Part shown: positions 51,201 through 58,900 of the stretch, one piece after another
How positions within the stretch are numbered: position 1 is the stretch's first letter
Layout of the letters: each line of letters starts with the position of its first letter
Origin: Rubrobacter sp.
GTDB lineage: Bacteria; Chloroflexota; Chloroflexia; Thermobaculales; Thermobaculaceae
DNA length: 63,953 nucleotides
Assembly (NCBI GenBank): GCA_016781845.1
Contig: JADDPP010000066.1
Span: 1-63,953 of the forward strand
Direction: 5' to 3'
Made by a program: the position numbers and the translations under genes
Notes under the pieces: generated by a model
The model's database searches: none
What the model saw: the letters and a program-made list of their open reading frames with translations, nothing else
Told to the model about the DNA's origin: nothing

Positions 51201-52522
51201 CAGAATGCAGATCCGAGAAGCACAGCTCCCATCGCGAGACGTGGGATGAGAATCGGGTGCAAAGAACTGAAGGTGCGGCCCTCGTTCCTCAACCTTTGCC
51301 TGGTTTCGTGCCAGTGCCATAGAAGTGCCGCGCCCATTAGCAATAGTGCCGGGCTGATTGGAATCATGTACCGGAGCCACTTTGCCTCCAGCATCAGTAT
51401 CGAGAGGGTATACGGCGCTATCCACGCAAGCAGCAGGGCGTACCGCCAGTCGCGTCGGCGCGCCGTCCGGTAGACGCCCCAGAGCAGTCCCGCAGCAGTC
51501 AGGAGTCCGAGGGGTATTCCTGCGCCCCAGCGCACATACTGAGACAGGTGATACCAGCCTGGTATCGTGCCGACGTATTGCCTTGTGTACGGCACATCTA
51601 TGATGCCACGTTGAATCTGGCTCTCAGCGTTGATGTTAGCGAGGTAAGTCCGCAGGTCGAGCACAGCGTACGGCTCCCACAGCGCCCAGGCCAGAACCGA
51701 CACGATGCCCGCGAAGAGGGCTATCCGCACTCCGCGCACGAGCCGAGGCGCCCAGCCGCGCGGCGTATCGCTACCCGTCCTGTTATTCGGACCCGAGGCT
51801 GCCCCTACCGTCAGCAGCACCAGACCTGCGGGCACGAACGCTGCAGCACTCGGCTTCGTGGCGACCGCGAGGCCGAGCAGTAGCCCTGCGTAGAGAACGG
51901 CCCGCCCGTTCCTGTCCTGCAGCGCGCGCACTATCTGCAGCAGCGCGGCGGTGAGGAACATCGTCATTACAGGCTCGGCGACGTAGAAGTGGCTGAACTG
52001 CACCTGAAGGACGGTGAGCGCGGAGAGCGCCGCGGCGAGCAGCCCGGCGCCTGCGCCGAACAGCCGTCTGCCAAGCAGGAAGATACACGCGACGGTGAGC
52101 AGGTCGGCGAGCGCCGCGAGGGGACGCGCCACCCTGTATATAGCCGTCCAGTTCGCATACTCCTCGCCGAAGGCGACAGAGATGAGGTTGGAGGCACCCT
52201 TGAGCACGTACGGGAGCAGCGTACCGTAGGAGTAGCTCAGGTGCTGCCCATTCTCCGCCAGCCGCCTGGGGTTCATAGAACTACTGTCCGCCTGGAGGAG
52301 GGCGCTCGTGGAGGAGGGCCAGTGCAGGCGGTTCATCGCGACATCTATGATGTGGCGCTCGTCGGGATGAAGGTAATAGCCACCGTCCCAACCGACCCCA
52401 AGCAGGCGCGGCACTGCGGCGAGCGTGAGAATGAGCGCAAGCAGCAGCCAGACGGTGCGCGCGGAGACCTCCCTGCAGGATGTCTGCTGGGGTGCATGTT
52501 GGGGAGAAGCCTGTACAAACAT
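48242..52522 (-). CDS. Fusion membrane protein: GT-C/PMT_2 (family 39)-like N-terminal half plus Chlor_Arch_YYY/DUF2298 C-terminal half
   Basis: 1426 aa. The N-terminal part has a first-loop HPDERH motif and about 12 TM segments. The second part has GGEKPMELAFING...GGYINYYYFGQWIVASL. Its C-terminal soluble domain is paralogous to that of the downstream gene. Confidence 0.75.
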   Translation of the reverse strand: MFVQASPQHAPQQTSCREVSARTVWLLLALILTLAAVPRLLGVGWDGGYYLHPDERHIIDVAMNRLHWPSSTSALLQADSSSMNPRRLAENGQHLSYSYGTLLPYVLKGASNLISVAFGEEYANWTAIYRVARPLAALADLLTVACIFLLGRRLFGAGAGLLAAALSALTVLQVQFSHFYVAEPVMTMFLTAALLQIVRALQDRNGRAVLYAGLLLGLAVATKPSAAAFVPAGLVLLTVGAASGPNNRTGSDTPRGWAPRLVRGVRIALFAGIVSVLAWALWEPYAVLDLRTYLANINAESQIQRGIIDVPYTRQYVGTIPGWYHLSQYVRWGAGIPLGLLTAAGLLWGVYRTARRRDWRYALLLAWIAPYTLSILMLEAKWLRYMIPISPALLLMGAALLWHWHETRQRLRNEGRTFSSLHPILIPRLAMGAVLLGSAFWVLAWSRIYTRPHNYIQASEWLYNNVPAGATVGHEHWDDPLPLALPGEDRGVYKYHQIAMYDDLAPEQKLAQVQEAARSSDYIVLATNRLSDSIPRSPWRYAVAIRYYELLFEERLGFREVARFDDGPGLGTLNVPAQGADDNVAVYDHPTTVVFKKERNLEDWEYDALFVDALAAPYSPERHGSVEKSLLLPPRRDAAATGLPYFGGSASTGWTATMAWLLALEVLGLAAWLLLGGLLRALPDRGWTLAKLLGVVLLSWLAWLLPALGLLPAGQGTVWLVAVLLAWSAGIAALVRRRAVSRDARFAWQAMLGFEALFLALFAAGALLRAANPDLWQPYFGGEKPMELAFINGILRSSELPPYDPWFAGGYINYYYFGQWIVASLMRLSMVGPQYGFNLSVATVWALTGTLAAAVGYTVAWRAGRAAAVVVGGISLAFVLLIGNLDGIVQAVEVLRGDRSGPLWQSFDFWRSSRLNIGQPGGFIHEFPFFTFLYGDLHAHMISMPLGLSLLLLGAYVVTYREGVRPRATYLLTGVAGLLVGALAVTNPWDVPTYGGMFGLALGVYWLCNTGRLAALPRLALSGLLLGAVAAAAYLPFFVFFKSFYGEIGVVKDPTGLPVYLNMLGLFLFLAAWYGAARAWMGGRKARLVAAVAGLAGLGIALALDRPVLGLLVTLLGLLLNATWSNRRSAVALTWSGLAAGGLLVWTGIEVLYLKDFLEGSTAYRMNTVFKFGLQSWILLALGCAGLAWLAVTIAHSRLGRALPLALLVVLLSASLVYPVYGTATRLQQRFPEPPRGLTLDGELFLETATLQNVSGMEERYSEDYAAIRWLRENVRRPETIVEASIGPYRGNGGRVSMFTGLPTLVGWDNHEAQQRYPDEVSERHAAIRDLYNSPDTRRALEVIERYGVRYVYVGPVERLHEFGDPARGEPVVRYASARGLAKFDRMVDRTLRVAYRNSGVTVYEVLPSWQWGNMDDISAQVTPGG

Positions 52523-52549
52523 CTATTCGACATTGTAGCATGTGCCGTT

Positions 52550-53512
52550 ATGGTCAACCCCTTGCGCGTGCTCTTCTTCGGCACCTCACACTTCGCCGTC
52601 CCAACGCTGCGATGCCTCTCAGAGTCCGGGCACGAGCTTCTGGCAGTGTACACCCAGCCTGACCGCCCGGCCGGCCGCGGTCGCAAGCTTCGCCCTTCGC
52701 CGGTCGCCATGGCCGCGCGCGAGCTTGGTTTGCCCGTGGAGCAGCCGGAGAGGGGACGGAAAGCCGAGGTGGTGGAGCGGTTGCGAGGATATGCGCCAGA
52801 TGTCGTCGTTCTCGCCGCATACGGACTGCTTATACCCCAGGCTGCGCTCGATGTCCCACCTCTGGGCTGGCTGAACGTGCATCCGTCACTGCTGCCGCTC
52901 TACCGGGGTGCGTCCCCGGTAGTTGCGCCCATCCTTCAAGGAGACACTGAGACCGGGGTGACGATCTTCCTCATGCGTGCCGGCCTCGATAACGGTCCGG
53001 TGTTGAGCCAGACGCGCACTCCCATAGGCGCTGATGAGACAGCCGGGGAGCTGGAGGCACGGCTCGCACGGCTCGGGGCCTCGCAGCTGGTCGAGACGTT
53101 GTCCGCCTGGTCGAAGGGCGAGCTAGAGCCTAAGGAGCAGGATTATGATCGAGCGACGTACGCTCCGAAGCTGACTAAGGAAGAGGCGCTGCTCGACTGG
53201 TCCGACTCGGCGGAGCAGCTCGCGCGTCGGGTGCGCGCGTACAACCCCTGGCCGGTAGCCTACACCTACTGGCAGGGCGAGCGGCTGCGCATCTTGCGTG
53301 GGGAACCGGTTGACGGGGAGGCGGGCCATGAGCCGGGAGAGGTATACCTTCTTGCCTCGAATCGCCTACCCGTCGTCGCCTGCGGGGAGGGAGCGCTCGC
53401 GTTGAGGGAGGTGCAGCTCGCGGGCGCGAGGGCGGTGGACGGCACGTCGTTCGTGGCTGGCCACGCGGGCTTCGTGGGGGCGCGCCTGGGCTCGGCAGGT
53501 GAGCCTGGCTGA
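52550..53512 (+). CDS. fmt: Methionyl-tRNA formyltransferase
   Basis: ORF 51989..53512 trimmed to the ATG at 52550. Motifs seen are RVLFFGTSHFAVPTL, YTQPDRPAGRGRKLRPSPV and NVHPSLLPLYRG. Confidence 0.92.
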   Translation: MVNPLRVLFFGTSHFAVPTLRCLSESGHELLAVYTQPDRPAGRGRKLRPSPVAMAARELGLPVEQPERGRKAEVVERLRGYAPDVVVLAAYGLLIPQAALDVPPLGWLNVHPSLLPLYRGASPVVAPILQGDTETGVTIFLMRAGLDNGPVLSQTRTPIGADETAGELEARLARLGASQLVETLSAWSKGELEPKEQDYDRATYAPKLTKEEALLDWSDSAEQLARRVRAYNPWPVAYTYWQGERLRILRGEPVDGEAGHEPGEVYLLASNRLPVVACGEGALALREVQLAGARAVDGTSFVAGHAGFVGARLGSAGEPG

Positions 53513-53920
53513 GTACGACTGGTTGCCCCTGATGTAAATGGTCCGAACAGATGCTGCCGATGTCCATTGCTCTGCCAGAGGCAGCTCCGGTTAGCCAGGT
53601 CGTCAGGAAACTGTTAGCTGATTGTCAGCTAATGTTCAGGAAACTCCTCAGTGCAATACCTACAATCATGGTGTTGGCCTTACACGCCTTCATAGGTGGG
53701 TGAAGCGCGAATCAGTTGCTGCACATGGCCCTCATGATACTCCCCACTCTGTTCGGTCTGATGTCTAGCTGTCAGAATCCGCGTTCCAGTGCAGGCATCG
53801 TGACAAGGGGGATGAGGACGCAGGCATGTAGAGTCTGGAACGTCTTCACGCGTCCCATCTGCCGGCTCGCCTTGCTCCTCGCATCAGGCGGCATCGTAAC
53901 CACGAAAGGGGACATAGACC

Positions 53921-55249
53921 ATGAAGTGGAGTACAGTTCTGCGAGTGATTCTCATGCTGGCGCTGGTCTCCGGGGGAATGTTCGCCAGTCAGCGATCCCT
54001 CGACGCGAACGGGACGCCCTTCGAGGTGTGGGCCGTGGACCAGTCCGGCACGGCGGGCAAGCTGTACGTCTACGAAGGTGAGGAGCTTCAGAATGATGCG
54101 GCAGCGGCGGCGCCCGAGGTCTTCGACTTTGGCGGAGCTGTGGCGTCTCTCTGCCTGCAGCAGACGGGCTCGGCTCCGGTGAGGTCCCATATGCTTACGT
54201 TCAATCCCGCCCACACTCACGCCATCCTCTCGTATGTGGCGACGGGGCATGTGGTTTTCCTGGATGCCGCGACCCGCACGCCGCTCACATGCGTGGACGT
54301 AGGGACGCAGGCTCACGCCGCCTTTCCCTCCCCCGATGGCAGCTACGTAGTGGTTGCCAACCAGAACGGCAAGCTCCTGCAGAGGATAACTACGGACTAT
54401 GGGGCCAACACCTTCACGCTCGACGGAAGCGCCACGCTGAACTTGGCCACGTGCATCACCCCGAGCGGCGCGCCTTGCCAAGCACCTGGCGTGCGCCCGG
54501 ACAACGCCCCGATCTGCCCGGTGCTCGACTCCACCAGCCGATTAGTGTTCACGACGCTCCGCGGTGGTGGCATGTTCGTGGTGGATGGCACCACTACTCC
54601 CATGAGCATTATCGCCGAGTACGACACCTCGACCGTTCAGCCTGAGGGCTGCGGCGGCGTCGAGAGGGATGGGAGGCTGTACATCAACTCCGGCAACGCC
54701 AATCCCCCGGCATCTTACCTCTACTCCTTCCCGCTCGCTGGCCTGTCGGGCTCCGGCCCATACCCGCCGAACACACCCGCGCCGACAGTCGTCTTCTCCC
54801 AGACCGGTGGCGATTACAACACTCACGGCCTGGCGCTGAACAGGGCGATGCAGGGACGCTACCTGTGGACCGCCGATCGGTTCGCCAACACAATGGAGGT
54901 GGTGGATACCACCACCGACACCCTTGTAAGCACATTCAGCCTGGTCACCAGGCACAGCTCTGATCCGGCGCCCGATCTGATTGCGGTCGCGCCCGACGGA
55001 GGGTACGCGTTCGCGTCGTTGCGCGGCCCCTGCCCGCTAACCGCCAACTCCACCGCCACGAACAACGCCGTCGGATCCACGCCGGGTGTGGGAGTGATCG
55101 CGATACAGGAGGCCGGGCTGCGCGGCAAGCTCGTCGCTGTCGCACCTATCACGAATCCAAGCGCTCCGTTCACGTGCAGCACGGTAGGGGGCTCTCCAAC
55201 GCTAACCGAGAGGGCAGATGTCCACGGCATAGCTGTGAGGCTGAAGTAG
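53921..55249 (+). CDS. Secreted beta-propeller repeat protein (YVTN/YncE-like)
   Basis: Signal peptide MKWSTVLRVILMLALVSGGMFA. It has repeated strand patterns (FSPDGSYVVVANQNG, VAPDGGYAFASL) and several Cys pairs. Confidence 0.6.
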   Translation: MKWSTVLRVILMLALVSGGMFASQRSLDANGTPFEVWAVDQSGTAGKLYVYEGEELQNDAAAAAPEVFDFGGAVASLCLQQTGSAPVRSHMLTFNPAHTHAILSYVATGHVVFLDAATRTPLTCVDVGTQAHAAFPSPDGSYVVVANQNGKLLQRITTDYGANTFTLDGSATLNLATCITPSGAPCQAPGVRPDNAPICPVLDSTSRLVFTTLRGGGMFVVDGTTTPMSIIAEYDTSTVQPEGCGGVERDGRLYINSGNANPPASYLYSFPLAGLSGSGPYPPNTPAPTVVFSQTGGDYNTHGLALNRAMQGRYLWTADRFANTMEVVDTTTDTLVSTFSLVTRHSSDPAPDLIAVAPDGGYAFASLRGPCPLTANSTATNNAVGSTPGVGVIAIQEAGLRGKLVAVAPITNPSAPFTCSTVGGSPTLTERADVHGIAVRLK

Positions 55250-55382
55250 CCTGGGGCCGCAGGCTGGGAACAGCCATACACAGACGGTCAGCTCACGGTG
55301 TGTCAGGACCGTCAGGGTCATATCAAAGTCGGAGTCCATCGCGTAGACTCGCGCCGAGAACCACCAAGTAGGGGGGCACGCG

Positions 55383-55463
55383 ATGGACGAGAGTCAGTAT
55401 AAGACCGTGCTGGAGGCGTTGGGGGAGGTGCCCGACCCGAGGAAGCGGAGAGGGGGCAGATAG
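55383..55463 (+). pseudogene. Remnant of an ISAs1-type transposase N-terminus (26 codons, premature stop)
   Basis: MDESQYKTVLEALGEVPDPRKRRGGR* resembles the L..VPDPR..RG.R start of the DDE_Tnp_1-associated domain. No DDE domain follows. Confidence 0.35.
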
Positions 55464-55820
55464 TCGCTGGATAGCGAGGGAGCTCGCGGACAAGCTCAAA
55501 GAGCTACTGGCGGTGCTGGGTGCAGGTCCAGTTGCATCAGTAGTAAACCTTGATGAGGGCTGGGACTATACCGGCGGGTTCCCTCTCAGCCTGTATGTGC
55601 TTTCTGATTTACGCTCCCTCAGCTACTGCCTCCGCACCTCCTTCTGGCCGCGCATCACGCTGCCCACCTCCTGTCTCGCCGTCTCGTCCAGCGTCCCCCT
55701 CTGTTGATCCCGACGCTACGAGTAGTCGCGGCTGCGCCCCGTTCGCTCATCCCACAGCTCGGCAGGTGCAGGCGTGCGACGCGGATGGTGCCCTGTGCTC
55801 CAAGAGGGAGAATGGGTGTA

Positions 55821-55842
55821 GAGACGTTGCACGCAACGTCTC
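55821..55842. repeat. REP-like palindrome, copy E (GAGACGTTGC-AC-GCAACGTCTC)
   Basis: 10-bp inverted arms with flanks GTA... and ...CGCAGC. It lies about 90 nt upstream of the giant ORF. Confidence 0.8.
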
Positions 55843-55929
55843 CGCAGCGTATCCCCATCCTTCACGATAGATTGTGGTGCAATGGGTGCAATGCGATCCC
55901 TATGCAAGCAGGCTTTACTCTGATATGAT

Positions 55930-58900
55930 TTGCGGCCAGTTACGCCTCCCTGTGCGTGTGTTCCGCGCGTGTGGCAAAGTGAGGTCACCGGCCCCCCTAC
56001 GCCGGTGGGAAAGGCCTACCAGTTGGCTCGCACTCAGCTATGGTGCGTCCTGTTTCTGCTGCTCGCGCTCGTATCCGGCAGCATAGCCCTCGCTACCGAT
56101 GAACGTCCCTGTGACGGCCCCCCTAACCTGGTTGCGAACTGCGGCTTCGAGCAGGGCAAGGCAAGCCGGCGCCTGAATCCCAACTCCACTGGCCCCTTCG
56201 AGATTGTGGAGGATGGTGCACGTAGCGGCGCGAAAGCTGCCGCGTTGTCCGCGGAGCAGTATACGGAGATAAGGCAGCTACTCAATATCTCTCCGCAGGG
56301 CAAGTACCGGTTGTCCGGGTACTTGCTGTGGACAGACCCTGAATACGAGAAGGCTGGCATCGGTATACGCTTCGGAATGCCGATCGGTTCCGCTCATGAT
56401 GTGGAGCTAGCCAACCAGTCCGAGAAATGGGAGCGGCTCGAATCCCGATGGCTGTCAGCGGGAGGCGCTACGGAAGCCGTCGTCTACCTGCGTGTGCAGG
56501 CGAACGGCAAGCTGCCCGACCAGCCCGTGCTCTTCGATGACATCGTATTGGAAGAGCAGCTACCGCCCCCGCCAACTGTCGAGCCCACGCGCGCTATTAC
56601 ACCTGGTCCCACGGTTACTGTTGCCCCGACCCACACACCCATCCCCACCAGCTCGCCTACTGCCGAGCCGACGAGCACGCCAACCCCCGAACCGACCAGG
56701 ACTCCGACCCCGCAACCCACTGATACACCCCCGCCCTCGCCAACCCCGCCGCCTGAGAGGGTGAGTATTGCCGAGGCCCGCACGCGCGATGGCGGGGAGC
56801 CTGTTTCGGTACGAGGCATCATCACTGCCCCTGCCCATACGTTGGGAGCGAAGAGGCTGTACGTGCAGGATGACAGCGGGGGCATCCTCGTCATGGTGCC
56901 GCAGGGCTCGCAGACTTATGAGGTCGGCCGGGTCGTGGAGGTGACGGGTATCCCTGGAAGCTACTTCGGGGAGCGCGCGATACGCACCCAGGTGGATGGG
57001 GGTGGAGTCACGGCCCGCGGCGCCGAGCCAGAGCCGGAGCCACGGGAGATTGCAAGCGGGGATGTGGGACCGGAGACGGAGGGGTCGCTCGTCCGTATCG
57101 AAGGCACGGTTGCCGCCGTGGCGAAGCCGAACGTGCGTGTGGACGATGGCAGCGGCGAGGCGCGCGTGAGGGTCGCGGGGAGCACCGACATCGTATGGCC
57201 TTCACCCCGAAAACATGACCAGTTGACCGCAGTTGGCATCGTTAGCTCGTTCAATGGCAGCTACCGGCCGATGCCCCGATACGACCGCGACCTCGTCGTT
57301 GTTCGGCACGAGCCGCCACCCACTCCAACACAGGAGCCGAGCGCTACCCCGACTCCTGAGCCGCCGCCCCCCCTGGTAAGCATCTCCGCTGCGCGGGCAG
57401 ACAACACGCGGGGTGTTGTCAGGATACGGGGTAGCGTCACCGCGCCAGCGCACCTGCTCGGAAAGAGACGGCTGTACATTCAGGACGGGGCGGCGGGCAT
57501 ACTCGTGGTGGTGCCGGAGGGCGAGGGTGGGGCGCTGCGGCCGGGCTCTATGGTAGAGGTCACCGGCAAGCCGGGTACTTACTTCGGCGAGCGTGCGCTG
57601 CGCGATGGTCGGGACGTTACGCTGCTAGCGACACGGGCGCCACCGACCCCGAGGAAGCTGAGCACCGGGCACATTGGCGTGGCAACGGAAGGGCTGCTCG
57701 TTGAAGTGCGCGGCCCGGTAACGCAGGTCGCGAAGCCGAGCGTCAGGCTCAACGACGGGTCCGGAGAGGCTCGGATACGGATTTCCCCCACCACCGGCTT
57801 GGCCTGGCCCTCGCCGCGCAAGCACGATACGCTCACGGCGGTCGGTGTAGTAAGCTCCTTCAACGGCCATTACAGAGTCCTACCCCGCTACAGAACTGAC
57901 CTGAGACTCGTGCGCCACGTCCCGCCTGAACCACTGCCCCGCGACGCGACGGTTGGGCAGGCGAGGGCCGCCAGCGAGCGTGAGTTGCTGCGTGTTCAGG
58001 GGGTAGTTACCGCTCCGCCCGGCCCTCTTGGAGAGGCGCGCTTCTGGCTGCAGGACGCGACCGGGGGTATCCTCGTAACCGGGGCGCGGAGCCAGGCGCT
58101 AAAGAGCGGAGACCGGGTGCGCGTGACGGGAGAGTCGGGCGCGGCGTACGGGGAGCGGCTGCTTCGGCTCAAGCGCGTGGAGCGGCTTGGTAGCGGGCCG
58201 GAGCCGCGACCGGTATCCGTAGCCCTGGCGCGCGTCGGAGCGCGGACAGAGGGCTTGCTCGTCGCGGTCGAGGGGCCAGTGGCGGAGTCAGCGTGGCCGA
58301 GCGTCTACATCGGTAGTCCTGACAGCCCGGTGCGTGTGTACGCCAGGGAGAGCACCGGCCTGGGCAATCCGCGCGCCCGCCGCGGAGACTCTCTGCACGC
58401 CGTGGGCATCGTGAGCGGATACCGGGGCAAGTACAGGGTGCTTCCCTTCCGAGAGACGCACTTGCGCCTCACGCGGCACGGTGGGGATGACGGTGACGAC
58501 GGTGGGGACACGACCGATGGCACCGCGCCCAAGACATGGCGCGATGTGAGCCTCCACGAGGTCGCCAGGCTCACCGTTGGCACCCGCGTGCGCTTCGAGG
58601 CACAGGTGACAGCGCCACCAGGAGTGCTCGGGGATGCGCGCGCGTACGTGGGCGCCTCCGGGGCTGGCATAGCACTGCATTCGCCAAAGGGGGGATATCC
58701 GCGCCTCTCGGAGGGTGACTGGGTGCGCGTCCGAGGCGAGCTCGACACGTACCACGGCGAGCGAATCATACGTCTGAAGGGCTCGGACGTGCTCCGTCTG
58801 GGCGCCGGTGAGCTGTTGCGTCCGGTCTCAACGGGCACCGGTTCCGTGGGGGCATCTCTGCAGGGGCAACTCGTGAGGGTGCGCGCGCCCATTACGCGCA

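Noticed and set aside
51989-52549. N-terminal 187 codons of the listed 507-aa ORF containing fmt
   Set aside because: This part is antisense to the start of the 1426-aa membrane protein. Fmt homology (RVLFFGT..) starts right after the ATG at 52550.
53716-54081. 121-aa ORF upstream of and overlapping the beta-propeller gene
   Set aside because: It has no RBS and its composition is Cys/Arg-rich. It also overlaps the well-supported signal-peptide start at 53921 in another frame.
56560-56760. Short-period CC-rich nucleotide repeats, and the roughly 600-nt periodicity from 56761 to 60342
   Set aside because: This is not a CRISPR array or a non-coding satellite. The first stretch encodes an in-frame Pro/Thr linker and the second encodes the protein modules of the giant ORF.
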